DNA of 32,000 nucleotides from the NCBI RefSeq assembly GCF_000009045.1, contig NC_000964.3, positions 2,910,001 through 2,942,000 of the forward strand, given 5' to 3'. Made by a program: the position numbers and the translations under genes. The number at the start of each line of letters is the position of its first letter. Position 1 is the first letter of the stretch. The stretch is from Bacillus subtilis subsp. subtilis str. 168. Its GTDB lineage: Bacteria > Bacillota > Bacilli > Bacillales > Bacillaceae. The notes under the pieces were generated by a model, which was given only the letters and a program-made list of their open reading frames with translations, made no database searches and was not told where the DNA came from. Below, piece after piece: positions 8,592-17,007 of the stretch.

Positions 8592-8620
8592 ATGATAAGA
8601 AGGATTTTCAGGTTTGTCAA
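8592..8620 (-). promoter_or_regulatory. Sigma-A type promoter between lcfA and fadR
   Basis: The minus strand reads TTGACA (8620..8615), 17 nt, then TATCAT (8597..8592). The FadR palindrome covers the expected transcription start region. Confidence 0.6.
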
Positions 8621-8645
8621 GTTTATTCATAGGCGTTCTCTTTTT

Positions 8646-10328
8646 TTATTTGATATGATGATTTTCGGTTTCTTCTTCAAGTAAACGCCTTCTTAAAATT
8701 TTTCCCACCGCCGTTTTCGGCAGCTCCTTTCTGAACTCATAGGCTTTGGGCACCTTATAGGGAGCTAGACGTGATCTCGCAAAAGCGTCCAGTTCTTCTG
8801 TATCGGCTTTTGCGCCTTTCTTTAATACGACAAATGCTTTTACTGTTTCTCCCCTGTAGGAATCGGGAACGCCTGCGACAACAATTTCCTGGATGGCTTC
8901 ATGTTCATAAAGCGCTTCTTCTACCTCACGCGGGTAAATATTGTAACCGCCGGCAATGATGATATCCTTCTTCCTGTCAGCAATATAGAAAAAGCCTTCT
9001 TCATCCATATAGCCCATGTCCCCGGTGAACAGCCAGCCATCTCTCAGCACTGCGGCGGTTTCCTCTGGTTTATTCCAGTATCCTTTCATGACTTGCGGAC
9101 CTTTTACAATGATTTCTCCATGCTCATACGGAGCGGCAAGCTCACCCGTCTCTTCAGAATAGATCGCAGCGTCCGTACTCGGCCAAGGACAGCCGATACT
9201 GCCCGGCTTGTTTTTTCCCCAGATAAAGTTGGCGTGCGTCACTGGGGATGCCTCAGACAAACCATAGCCTTCCACAAGCTTTCCACCAGTCACCTTTTCA
9301 AATTTCTGCTTTACCTCCACGGGGAGCGCGGCTGATCCGCTAAGACAGCTTTTAATGGATGACAGATCATAATGCTGCAATTCAGGGTGATGCAAAAGGC
9401 CAATGTAAATTGTCGGTGCGCCAGGAAAGAGCGTCGGTTTGTGTTTGTCGATGATTTTAAGTGTTTCGAGCGGATCAAACTTAGGAAGAAGAATCATTTC
9501 GAAGCCTAGTTTAATCGAATAGTTCATGACTGCCGTCAGTCCGTAGACATGAAAAAATGGAACGATGCCCAGCACTTTTTCAGCGCCTTCTTTCACGTCA
9601 TACATCCAAGCGGCGCACATTTCAGTATTTGCCAAAATATTTTGGTGCGTGAGCATGACCCCTTTTGGAGCTCCGGTTGTTCCTCCGGTATACTGGAGGA
9701 CAGCGATATCATGCTCAGGATCGATCTTCGGGATTGTCAGGAGTTCAGTTTTTTCCTGCTTCATACAGGAAGCGAACGTGTGAATGTTAGCTGTTTTGTC
9801 AAAGTCGATATGCACTTTTTGTTTTTGCGTCAGCGGGTAAAGAATATTTTTCGGAAAAGGCAAATAGTCTTTTACACTGGTTATCAAAATCTGGTCGACT
9901 ATTGATAACGTTTTCATTTTTATTGCCTTCGGGAAAAGCAAATCTAAGGTGATGATTACACTTACCTGAGCATCTCTAAGCTGGTATTCAAGCTCATGCT
10001 CGGTATAAAGCGGATTCGTCTGCACCACGATGCCACCGGCAAACAAGACGCCATAATAAGAAATCACTGTTTGCGGGCAATTGGGCAGCATAACAGCCAC
10101 TCTGTCTCCTTTTTGCAGGCCATTGCACTGCAAAAAAGCTGCAAGTTTAAGAGCATCCGTCAGAATGTCATGAAAGGTGAGTTTTTTTCCATAAAACGAT
10201 ATTGCGGTTTTATCAGGGAATCGTGCGGCGGAGTCTGTCAGGATGGATTGCAGGGTTTTATTCGGCAACGGAAGCTCATGCGGGATATCGTTGGGATACT
10301 CGGCAAGCCACGGCTTTTGAGACTGCAT
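8646..10328 (-). CDS. lcfA: Long-chain fatty-acid-CoA ligase
   Basis: AMP-binding signature LQYTGGTTGAPKGVMLTH, plus GDMGYMDEEGFFYIADRKKD and the C-terminal PKTAVGKILRR. I prefer the ATG at 10328 (MQSQKPWLAEYP, 560 aa; SD AAGGGGAGG, 4-nt spacer). The track's 592-aa form would start inside the upstream terminator. Confidence 0.95.
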   Translation of the reverse strand: MQSQKPWLAEYPNDIPHELPLPNKTLQSILTDSAARFPDKTAISFYGKKLTFHDILTDALKLAAFLQCNGLQKGDRVAVMLPNCPQTVISYYGVLFAGGIVVQTNPLYTEHELEYQLRDAQVSVIITLDLLFPKAIKMKTLSIVDQILITSVKDYLPFPKNILYPLTQKQKVHIDFDKTANIHTFASCMKQEKTELLTIPKIDPEHDIAVLQYTGGTTGAPKGVMLTHQNILANTEMCAAWMYDVKEGAEKVLGIVPFFHVYGLTAVMNYSIKLGFEMILLPKFDPLETLKIIDKHKPTLFPGAPTIYIGLLHHPELQHYDLSSIKSCLSGSAALPVEVKQKFEKVTGGKLVEGYGLSEASPVTHANFIWGKNKPGSIGCPWPSTDAAIYSEETGELAAPYEHGEIIVKGPQVMKGYWNKPEETAAVLRDGWLFTGDMGYMDEEGFFYIADRKKDIIIAGGYNIYPREVEEALYEHEAIQEIVVAGVPDSYRGETVKAFVVLKKGAKADTEELDAFARSRLAPYKVPKAYEFRKELPKTAVGKILRRRLLEEETENHHIK

Positions 10329-10365
10329 AAAACCTCCCCTTTCGATTTTAGAGATCCACCTTATC

Positions 10366-10374
10366 ATTATAGCA
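10366..10374 (-). promoter_or_regulatory. Candidate extended -10 (TGcTATAAT) of the lcfA promoter
   Basis: The minus strand reads ccatcTGcTATAATgataagg about 38 nt upstream of the lcfA ATG. Only a weak -35 is visible, within or next to the preceding terminator T-run. Confidence 0.5.
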
Positions 10375-10384
10375 GATGGACGGC

Positions 10385-10420
10385 AAAAAAAAGAAAAAGA
10401 AAGGTAAATCTTTCTTTTTC
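10385..10420 (-). terminator. Rho-independent terminator ending the polX-mutSB-yshE unit
   Basis: The minus strand reads GAAAAAGAAAG-atttac-CTTTCTTTTTC followed by TTTTTTTT. This is an 11-bp perfect stem (10410..10420 / 10393..10403). Confidence 0.85.
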
Positions 10421-10501
10421 TCATAATATGAACAGATATATAAGACCAATTAACAAAAAGATTCCCGCTGCGGCGAGCAGTATTTTCGCAAGCTTTTCCA
10501 T
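10421..10501 (-). CDS. Candidate 26-aa hydrophobic micro-protein (MEKLAKILLAAAGIFLLIGLIYLFIL)
   Basis: ATG at 10501 is preceded by AAGGGGACGGAGaatag. It starts 15 nt after the yshE stop. Its TGA stop (10423..10421) abuts the first base of the terminator stem. One TM-like segment. It is below the 60-aa cutoff of the ORF track. Confidence 0.4.
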   Translation of the reverse strand: MEKLAKILLAAAGIFLLIGLIYLFIL

Positions 10502-10516
10502 CTATTCTCCGTCCCC

Positions 10517-10921
10517 TTATATTCCGGCTGCCACCACAAAAGAAAGCCCGACAGAAATGACAAATGAAATAAAGCCGACAGCCCGGTTATCATTTTCGAT
10601 TTCCTGATCAATTTTAAACCGCGGAGTCAAAAACTCAAAAATAAAGTAGCTGATCAGAAGCATAACAAACCCGTAAACGCCCCAGCCGATCATTTGCAGC
10701 AGCGAATTATGCTGGGAGATGGAATGCTGAAATACGTTTGCGATTCCCAAAATTTTTCCGCCGGTCGCCATTGCCACCGCAAGATTTCCTTTTTGAATCT
10801 CTTCCCAGTTTTTATAAGCCGTCACCAGCTCAAACACAGTCAAAAAGAGGACGAGGCAGAGAACCGCGACACTGTAATATGCCGCGATTTCCACAAGCTC
10901 GTTTTCCCAAAAATCACTCAT
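10517..10921 (-). CDS. yshE: Small integral membrane protein, DUF350-like two-repeat architecture (YshE)
   Basis: 134 aa from the ATG at 10921 (SD AAGGGAG, 7-nt spacer; the track start at 10927 is too close to the SD). It has four hydrophobic segments and an internal repeat: FELVTAYKNWEEIQKGNLAV... / FEFLTPRFKIDQEIENDNRAV... Confidence 0.85.
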   Translation of the reverse strand: MSDFWENELVEIAAYYSVAVLCLVLFLTVFELVTAYKNWEEIQKGNLAVAMATGGKILGIANVFQHSISQHNSLLQMIGWGVYGFVMLLISYFIFEFLTPRFKIDQEIENDNRAVGFISFVISVGLSFVVAAGI

Positions 10922-10935
10922 GGCCATACTCCCTT

Positions 10936-13293
10936 TTATTTTAGTTCAACAACCGTAACGCCTGATCCTCCCTCACCTGCTTCACCGAAACGGGAACTTT
11001 TGACGCTGCGGTGGTTTTTCAGAAGATCCTGTACGCCTTTTCTTAAAGCGCCGGTTCCTTTTCCGTGGATGATTGACACTCTTGGATATCCGGCTAACAC
11101 CGCATCATCCAAGTATTTTTCAACCCGGCTGAGGGCATTTTCATAGCGTTCGCCGCGAAGATCAAGTTCAAGCGATACGTGATAGTCCTTTCCTTTGACC
11201 GCTGTAATCATTTTTTCTTTTTTTGGCTCCGGAGCTGATTTGATAAACTCCAGATCTTTTTCTTTTACTTTCATCTTTAAAATACCGATTTGAACGTTCC
11301 ATTCATTGCCGCCTGTTTTTTCGAGCAATGTTCCTTTTTGCCCGAAAGTGAGGACTTTCACCTCGTCGCCAGGCTTAAAGTCGCGTTTTTGCGTTTTCGG
11401 CTTTTCCGGTTTCTTGGACTTTTCAAAAGCAGGCATAGCGCCTTCTAACCGTTTCTTCGCGTTAATCAGCTCGTGATCCTTGAAGGATTTGTGTTCTTCT
11501 TTTATGGTGCGCAATTCATGAATAATGTCCTCGGCTTCTTTCATTGCCGCTTTTACTTTTTCAGCAGCCTGCTGTTCTGCCTCTTCAAGCATTTTGTCTT
11601 TTTTGCTGTTAAGCTCGATGATTTGCTGCTGCAGCTCTTTATGCAGTTTTTCCGCTTCTTTTCTGATTGATTCTGTCTCAGAAAGCTCTTCTTCCGCACG
11701 TTTTTTGCTTTGTTCCAGCGACGCAATCATCGTATCGACTTCGTTATGCTCGGCCGTCATTTCTGACTTCGCCTGCCCGATGATATGGTCCGGGAGCCCG
11801 AGGCGTTTTGAAATTTCGAAAGCATTGCTTCGACCCGGCACACCAATTAAAAGTTTATAGGTCGGTGACAGCGTTTCGATGTCAAATTCAACGCTGGCAT
11901 TCATGACGCCTTCTCTGTTATAGCCGTACGCCTTCAATTCCGGATAATGCGTCGTAGCTAACACTCGTGCATTGGTGCGATGCACGTCATCCAAGATGCT
12001 CATGGCGAGGGCCGCCCCCTCCTGCGGATCTGTCCCTGCACCAAGTTCATCGAAAAGCACAAGGCTGTTTTCATTGACCTGTTCTAAAATGCCGACAATA
12101 TTCACCATATGGGATGAGAACGTACTTAAACTTTGCTCAATCGACTGTTCATCACCGATATCAGCGAATACGTGCTCAAATACTGCCGCTTCTGACCCTT
12201 CATCTGCCGGGATATGAAGACCTGACTGCGCCATTAAGGTTAGCAGGCCTAACGTTTTAAGGGTGACTGTTTTCCCCCCGGTGTTTGGCCCTGTGATGAC
12301 AATGGTTGAAAAATCGCGGCCAAGCTCGATGTCATTGGCAACAACCTGATCAGGCGGAAGCAATGGATGGCGGGCTTTTTTCAAACGGATAAAGCCGGTG
12401 TCGTTCATAATCGGTTTTGTCGCTTTAACCGCTTTTGCATATCTAGCTTTTGCAAAAATAAAGTCAAGCGTCTGCAGCACTTGCAAATCTAGAAATAGCT
12501 CCTCTGTATACTCTGCCGTTTTCTCTGTCAGCACACGCAAAATCCGTTCAATTTCTTGCTTTTCTTTCACTTTCGCCTGCTGAAGGGAATTGTTCATATC
12601 TACAATCGCCTGCGGTTCAATGAATAGTGTCGCACCAGAGGATGAGGTGTCGTGCACAATTCCTCCATAGCTGGATCTGTACTCCTGTTTGACCGGGATC
12701 ACAAAGCGGTCATTCCGAATCGTAACAATCGTATCAGACAGCATTTTCGATGCGGAAGAGGAACGCAGCATCGACTCTAACCGGTCTCTGACTCTTGATT
12801 CGAGTGTTCTGAGCTGTGTGCGGATTCCTCTTAATGTTTCCGATGCATGATCAAGCACTTCTCCGTGATCATCAATGCAGGAATTAATGTCCCGCTCTAA
12901 ATCGGACAGCGTGATAAGCTGTTCAGCATGCTGATGGATCAGCGGAATGTCGACACCGTCTTCAGCCATTTGCGTGATAAAATGTTTCATTTGTTTAACT
13001 GCATAAAGCAGGCCTGAGATTTCAGTGAATTCAGAAGGACTGAGAACGCTGCCGATTTCCGCCCGTCTTAACGCTCCTCTGATATCTACAAGGCCGCCAA
13101 ATGGCGCTTGGCCTCTCAGCCGGATAATGTCAGAAGCTTCGTCTACTTCATCCAGCTGTTTTTTGATTTCGTCTATAGAAGCAGAAGGCTTAAGCTCGAG
13201 AAGCATTTCTTTTCCGAGCGATGAAGCGGCATGCCCAATAACCTGTTCTTTCACTTTATGAAATTCAAGAGCTGATAATACTTTTTGCTGCAC
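10936..13293 (-). CDS. mutSB: MutS2 family ATPase/endonuclease with C-terminal Smr domain
   Basis: 785 aa. Walker A GPNTGGKT, Walker [14 protein letters not shown], a long charged coiled-coil ([24 protein letters not shown]...), a KOW-like segment [13 protein letters not shown], and the Smr domain [48 protein letters not shown] start at 13293 with SD AAGGAGG. Confidence 0.95.
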   Translation of the reverse strand: MQQKVLSALEFHKVKEQVIGHAASSLGKEMLLELKPSASIDEIKKQLDEVDEASDIIRLRGQAPFGGLVDIRGALRRAEIGSVLSPSEFTEISGLLYAVKQMKHFITQMAEDGVDIPLIHQHAEQLITLSDLERDINSCIDDHGEVLDHASETLRGIRTQLRTLESRVRDRLESMLRSSSASKMLSDTIVTIRNDRFVIPVKQEYRSSYGGIVHDTSSSGATLFIEPQAIVDMNNSLQQAKVKEKQEIERILRVLTEKTAEYTEELFLDLQVLQTLDFIFAKARYAKAVKATKPIMNDTGFIRLKKARHPLLPPDQVVANDIELGRDFSTIVITGPNTGGKTVTLKTLGLLTLMAQSGLHIPADEGSEAAVFEHVFADIGDEQSIEQSLSTFSSHMVNIVGILEQVNENSLVLFDELGAGTDPQEGAALAMSILDDVHRTNARVLATTHYPELKAYGYNREGVMNASVEFDIETLSPTYKLLIGVPGRSNAFEISKRLGLPDHIIGQAKSEMTAEHNEVDTMIASLEQSKKRAEEELSETESIRKEAEKLHKELQQQIIELNSKKDKMLEEAEQQAAEKVKAAMKEAEDIIHELRTIKEEHKSFKDHELINAKKRLEGAMPAFEKSKKPEKPKTQKRDFKPGDEVKVLTFGQKGTLLEKTGGNEWNVQIGILKMKVKEKDLEFIKSAPEPKKEKMITAVKGKDYHVSLELDLRGERYENALSRVEKYLDDAVLAGYPRVSIIHGKGTGALRKGVQDLLKNHRSVKSSRFGEAGEGGSGVTVVELK

Positions 13294-13313
13294 GATTGTG
13301 TGAGCCTCCTTAC

Positions 13314-15026
13314 TTAATCGTTGCGCTTCAGAAATGCCTCTACGTCTTTAAGCGACCGGGCATTCAGAACGTTTTTCGTTTCCGTCCATCCTTTGCGCGC
13401 GGCAGTAACGCCAGTTTTCATATCGTCTAACATCTCAATATTATGGGCATCAGTATTAATCACCAATGTAACCCCTTGTTCGTTTGCTTTCATTAAATGC
13501 TCTGTGCGCAGATCAAGGCGCGCAGGGTTGGCATTGAGTTCAAGCGCCGTATTTGTTTTCCTCGCAAGCTCAATCAGCTGATCAATATCGATTTCGTAAC
13601 CGGCCCGTCTGCCGATAAGGCGCCCGGTCGGGTGTGCGATAATGTCAACATGCTTGTTTGTCAGTGCCGTCTCAAGCCGTTTCATAATCACGTGTTCCGG
13701 CTGATTAAAACTGGAATGAATCGATGCAATAACGATATCCATTTCCGCAAGCACATCGTCATCATAATCGAGCGTACCGTCAGGCAGGATATCCATCTCA
13801 ACGCCTTTCAAAATACGGAAGTTTTCAAACTCTGCATTCAGCGCGTCAATTTCTTTTGCCTGCTGCTTAAGTCTTTCTGCAGTAAGCCCGTTGGCGACCT
13901 TTAAATATTGTGAGTGATCGGTGATCGCCATGTATTGATAGCCTTTTTTGATGCAGGCTTCAGCCATCTCTCTGATCGAAAATGCGCCATCGCTCCACGT
14001 TGAGTGCATGTGGAGATCACCTTTGATTTGCCCGAGCTCTATCAGTTCAATGCTGTCGCTGTAGGTTTCCACTTCCTGTCCGCTTTCACGAATTTCCGGC
14101 GGAATCAGCGGCAGGCCGAAGTGCGCATAAAATTCACGTTCACTCGGAAATGTTTTGATCTCTCCGGTTTCAACTGTCTCAACGCCGTATTCACTGATCC
14201 GCTCGCCGCGTTCTTTGGCGATTTGGCGCATCTTAATATTGTGATCCTTTGATCCCGTAAAATGATGGAGTGTTGTCGGAAACTGCTCTTCCGTCACAAG
14301 ACGGAAATCGACGCTTGTTTCATATTCAAAGGAAAGGATGACGGACACCTTCGTATCTCCGCTTGCGATCACGCTTTTGATGTTTGGCAGCTCAAGAAGC
14401 TGCTCTCTTACTTCAGCCGGATGATCTGTAGCAATGATATAATCCAGATCCTTCACCGTTTCCCGCGCTCTGCGGAGACTTCCGGCACGAGAAAATTTGA
14501 TGATATGCGTAAATTGAGAAAGATGCTCCTCAATTTCCCGCGCGATCCGGAGGGCGTAGCCGATCGGGAACCGTTCAGGCTGTTTTCCGGCTTCCCCGAG
14601 CGCCTGTAATATTTTTTCTTCCGATTTTTTGCCGAAGCCCGCAAGACCCTGGACCTTTTGCTGCTCACAGGCTTCCTTCAGAGATTCTGCATCGTGTACG
14701 CCGAGCTCTTTATACAGCTTTGCGATTTTTTTGCCGCCGAGCCCCGGCAGCTTCAATAAAGGCACGAGTCCTTCCGGCACTTCTTTCTGAAGCGATTCGA
14801 GCGTGCTTGACTTTCCTTCATCTATATACTCTTTAATGACGCTGTACGTTCCTTTTCCAATGCCGGACAGCGACATCATATCGTCCATTTCTGATAAGCT
14901 TCGGTCGTCCTGTTCCAGAGCTGCCGCCGCTTTTCGGAAGGCGGATACTTTAAACGGGTTGTCCCCTTTGAGTTCCATATAGACTGCAATGGTTTCAAGC
15001 AGCCGGATAATATCTTTTTTATGCAT
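13314..15026 (-). CDS. polX: DNA polymerase X family protein with C-terminal PHP phosphoesterase domain
   Basis: 570 aa. Pol-beta-like N-terminus with HhH motifs ([20 protein letters not shown]), the nucleotidyltransferase segment [17 protein letters not shown], and the PHP domain [12 protein letters not shown]...ITDH...INTDAH. Confidence 0.95.
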   Translation of the reverse strand: MHKKDIIRLLETIAVYMELKGDNPFKVSAFRKAAAALEQDDRSLSEMDDMMSLSGIGKGTYSVIKEYIDEGKSSTLESLQKEVPEGLVPLLKLPGLGGKKIAKLYKELGVHDAESLKEACEQQKVQGLAGFGKKSEEKILQALGEAGKQPERFPIGYALRIAREIEEHLSQFTHIIKFSRAGSLRRARETVKDLDYIIATDHPAEVREQLLELPNIKSVIASGDTKVSVILSFEYETSVDFRLVTEEQFPTTLHHFTGSKDHNIKMRQIAKERGERISEYGVETVETGEIKTFPSEREFYAHFGLPLIPPEIRESGQEVETYSDSIELIELGQIKGDLHMHSTWSDGAFSIREMAEACIKKGYQYMAITDHSQYLKVANGLTAERLKQQAKEIDALNAEFENFRILKGVEMDILPDGTLDYDDDVLAEMDIVIASIHSSFNQPEHVIMKRLETALTNKHVDIIAHPTGRLIGRRAGYEIDIDQLIELARKTNTALELNANPARLDLRTEHLMKANEQGVTLVINTDAHNIEMLDDMKTGVTAARKGWTETKNVLNARSLKDVEAFLKRND

Positions 15027-15065
15027 ATCATAACCCCCAGACGTTCACATATGTTTCCATCATAC

Positions 15066-15102
15066 TTGAAAAAAACTTCTCCGGACAAGAGAAGTTTTTT
15101 TA
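15066..15102 (-). terminator. Rho-independent terminator after cvpA (symmetrical A-run/T-run hairpin)
   Basis: AAAAAAACTTCTC-cggacaa-GAGAAGTTTTTTT. The right arm overlaps the cvpA stop codon (15100..15102). U-tracts are available in both orientations. Confidence 0.8.
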
Positions 15103-15633
15103 TGCCCCGTACTGTGTCCACAGCTCTTGTAAAAGCCCTGACAAGTACGGTGTATGGTTAATGATCACATTTGCGAGAGACGATTGCCCCATCATTTGCT
15201 GCAACGCGTCTACCGGCAGAACGGATGCGACATACAGCAGCACAAATGTAAATAAATAGACTTCTAGAAAACCGAGAACGGCTCCCAGCATCTGGTTGAT
15301 TTGTTTAATCACCGGAATGCCGGCTACAATACTCAGGAACGAGCCGATGATTCTCAGTAAGATTTTAGCAATGATAAATAAAACGATAAACGCAATCGCA
15401 TTATAGTACGCTGCTTCCAAATTCCCCGTAAAAAAAGAAAGAGCCGGCTGTCCCGCTGAAAAATCGGGTGCGGGAATCCAATGTAAATGCGGTGCCACGT
15501 TTTTATAGAATAAAGCCGCAAAGGCAATTGATAAAATAAAGCTCGTCAAGCGGATAAACTGCAGGATAAAACCGCGTTTTAACCCCAGTAAAGTCCCCAT
15601 CAGGAGCAAGATTAAGATGATGATATCTAGCAT
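15100..15633 (-). CDS. cvpA: CvpA-family (colicin V production-type) integral membrane protein (YshB)
   Basis: 177 aa with four hydrophobic segments. The N-terminus MLDIIILILLLMGTLLGLKRGFILQ is typical of the CvpA family. It starts 6 nt after the zapA stop. Confidence 0.85.
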   Translation of the reverse strand: MLDIIILILLLMGTLLGLKRGFILQFIRLTSFILSIAFAALFYKNVAPHLHWIPAPDFSAGQPALSFFTGNLEAAYYNAIAFIVLFIIAKILLRIIGSFLSIVAGIPVIKQINQMLGAVLGFLEVYLFTFVLLYVASVLPVDALQQMMGQSSLANVIINHTPYLSGLLQELWTQYGA

Positions 15634-15639
15634 AGTTGT

Positions 15640-15897
15640 TCAATCCTTTTCTTTAAGCTGACGCTCCAGTTTTTCACATTTCTCTTGTAATTTGACATAA
15701 TCGTGCACCACATTTACCGCTGTCAGCACTGCAAGTTTATTTATATCAAGGTATGGATTTTTTTCATTGATTTCTCTCATTTTATCATCAACAATTCCGG
15801 CGACATACCTCATATGGGCTCTGCTTTCTTCACCGACAATCGTGAAGTGCTGGCCGTAAATGTCAACGGTTGTTTTTGTTTTTTTGCCGTCAGACAA
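15640..15897 (-). CDS. zapA: Cell division protein ZapA (YshA)
   Basis: 85 aa. The sequence ...[33 protein letters not shown]...[19 protein letters not shown] has the ZapA fold pattern. TTG start at 15897 with SD GGAGGAG 5 nt upstream. Confidence 0.9.
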   Translation of the reverse strand: MSDGKKTKTTVDIYGQHFTIVGEESRAHMRYVAGIVDDKMREINEKNPYLDINKLAVLTAVNVVHDYVKLQEKCEKLERQLKEKD

Positions 15898-15931
15898 CGT
15901 TTCTCCTCCATTCCGCGAGAATCCTAGTTCT

Positions 15932-15941
15932 TATCATAACA
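15932..15941 (-). promoter_or_regulatory. Candidate extended -10 (TGtTATGATa) for zapA-cvpA
   Basis: The minus strand reads cgTGtTATGATaag, 35 nt upstream of the zapA TTG. It is one arm of the 10-bp inverted repeat shared with 15977..15986. Confidence 0.4.
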
Positions 15942-15976
15942 CGTTTATTAAATGAATGGAAAGACGAGCCTCCCGC

Positions 15977-15986
15977 TGTTATGATA
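15977..15986 (+). promoter_or_regulatory. Candidate extended -10 (TGtTATGATa) for rnhC
   Basis: The plus strand reads gcTGtTATGATacact, 45 nt upstream of the rnhC GTG. It is the mirror image of the zapA-side element. Confidence 0.4.
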
Positions 15987-16030
15987 CACTGGTATATACA
16001 GCGAAAAGTGTAAAAAAAGGAGATTATTAC

Positions 16031-16972
16031 GTGTCCCATTCAGTGATAAAAGTATCGTTGTCTGCTATTGACCAAATGAAAATGACGTACAGCGGTTCAC
16101 TTACAGCCTCTGTTCCGCAGGGAGCCGTTTTTCAGGCAAAACCGCCCGGCTGTACCATTACAGCATATCAATCAGGTAAGGTCTTGTTTCAAGGAAAAAA
16201 CGCTGCGGCAGAATCCGCGCGCTGGGGAACAGCAGAGCCTCAGGAAAAGAAGAAAACGGCCAAAAAGCCGGCTGATCCCCGCTATGCCCCTCCGGCAGAT
16301 ATCGCCGGAATGTCTGTTATCGGTTCTGACGAAGTCGGAACCGGAGATTACTTTGGCCCAATGACGGTTGTATGCGCGTACGTCGACAAAACCATGCTTC
16401 CTTTAATGAAGGAACTCGGTGTTAAGGATTCTAAAGATTTAAAAGATCCGCAAATCATCGAGATTGCCCGAAACCTGATTAAAACCATTCCGTACAGCCT
16501 GCTGGTGTTAAAGAATGAAAAGTATAACAGCATGCAGGAAAAAGGCATGAGCCAAGGGAAAATGAAAGCTTTGCTGCACAATCAGGCGATCACACATTTA
16601 TTAAGAAAATTGGATGGAGTAAAGCCTGAAGCCATTTTGATTGACCAATTCGCTGAGCCAGGCGTCTACTTCAATCATTTAAAGGGCAGAGACATTGTGA
16701 AGGAGCGGACCTATTTTAGCACAAAAGCTGAAGGTATTCACCTGGCTGTCGCCGCTGCTTCAATCATTGCAAGATATTCATTTTTAATGGAAATGGATAA
16801 ACTATCACGCGCGGCAGGAATGACGCTTCCAAAAGGGGCCGGTCCGCACGTCGATGAAGCGGCCGCCAAGCTGATCCTCAAAAAAGGGGCATCTGCACTC
16901 AGAACCTTTACAAAACTCCATTTCGCCAATACGCAAAAAGCGCAGCGCCTTGCTGATAAAAAACGTTCATAG
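16031..16972 (+). CDS. rnhC: Ribonuclease HIII
   Basis: 313 aa from the GTG at 16031 (SD AAGGAGA, 7-nt spacer; the track's 338-aa form lacks an SD). It has an N-terminal DUF3378-like domain and the RNase H active-site segment IGSDEVGTGDYFGP. Confidence 0.93.
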   Translation: MSHSVIKVSLSAIDQMKMTYSGSLTASVPQGAVFQAKPPGCTITAYQSGKVLFQGKNAAAESARWGTAEPQEKKKTAKKPADPRYAPPADIAGMSVIGSDEVGTGDYFGPMTVVCAYVDKTMLPLMKELGVKDSKDLKDPQIIEIARNLIKTIPYSLLVLKNEKYNSMQEKGMSQGKMKALLHNQAITHLLRKLDGVKPEAILIDQFAEPGVYFNHLKGRDIVKERTYFSTKAEGIHLAVAAASIIARYSFLMEMDKLSRAAGMTLPKGAGPHVDEAAAKLILKKGASALRTFTKLHFANTQKAQRLADKKRS

Positions 16973-17006
16973 AAAAAAGCTTGCAGATTTCTCTGCAAGC
17001 TTTTTT
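16973..17006. terminator. Bidirectional rho-independent terminator between convergent rnhC and pheT
   Basis: AAAAAAGCTTGCAGA-tttc-TCTGCAAGCTTTTTT is a perfect stem with A-run and T-run flanks. It starts right after the rnhC stop and ends 2 nt before the pheT stop. Confidence 0.9.
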
Positions 17007-17007
17007 A

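Noticed and set aside
8901-9335. 144-aa plus-strand ORF, and other plus-strand ORFs at 9549..9905 and 9565..9783
   Set aside because: They are antisense to the well-supported lcfA CDS, lack an SD, and have no recognisable motifs. They are typical shadow ORFs.
10329-10420. Search for a second FadR palindrome upstream of lcfA
   Set aside because: No TGAATGA/TCATTCA inverted repeat is present there. Only isolated half-site-like strings occur elsewhere in the window (for example ATGAATGG at about 15952), without partners.
9996-10607. 203-aa plus-strand ORF, the longest unassigned ORF in the window
   Set aside because: It runs antisense across the lcfA 5' end, its promoter, the yshE terminator and into yshE. 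It crosses regulatory hairpins, has a low-complexity composition and no SD.
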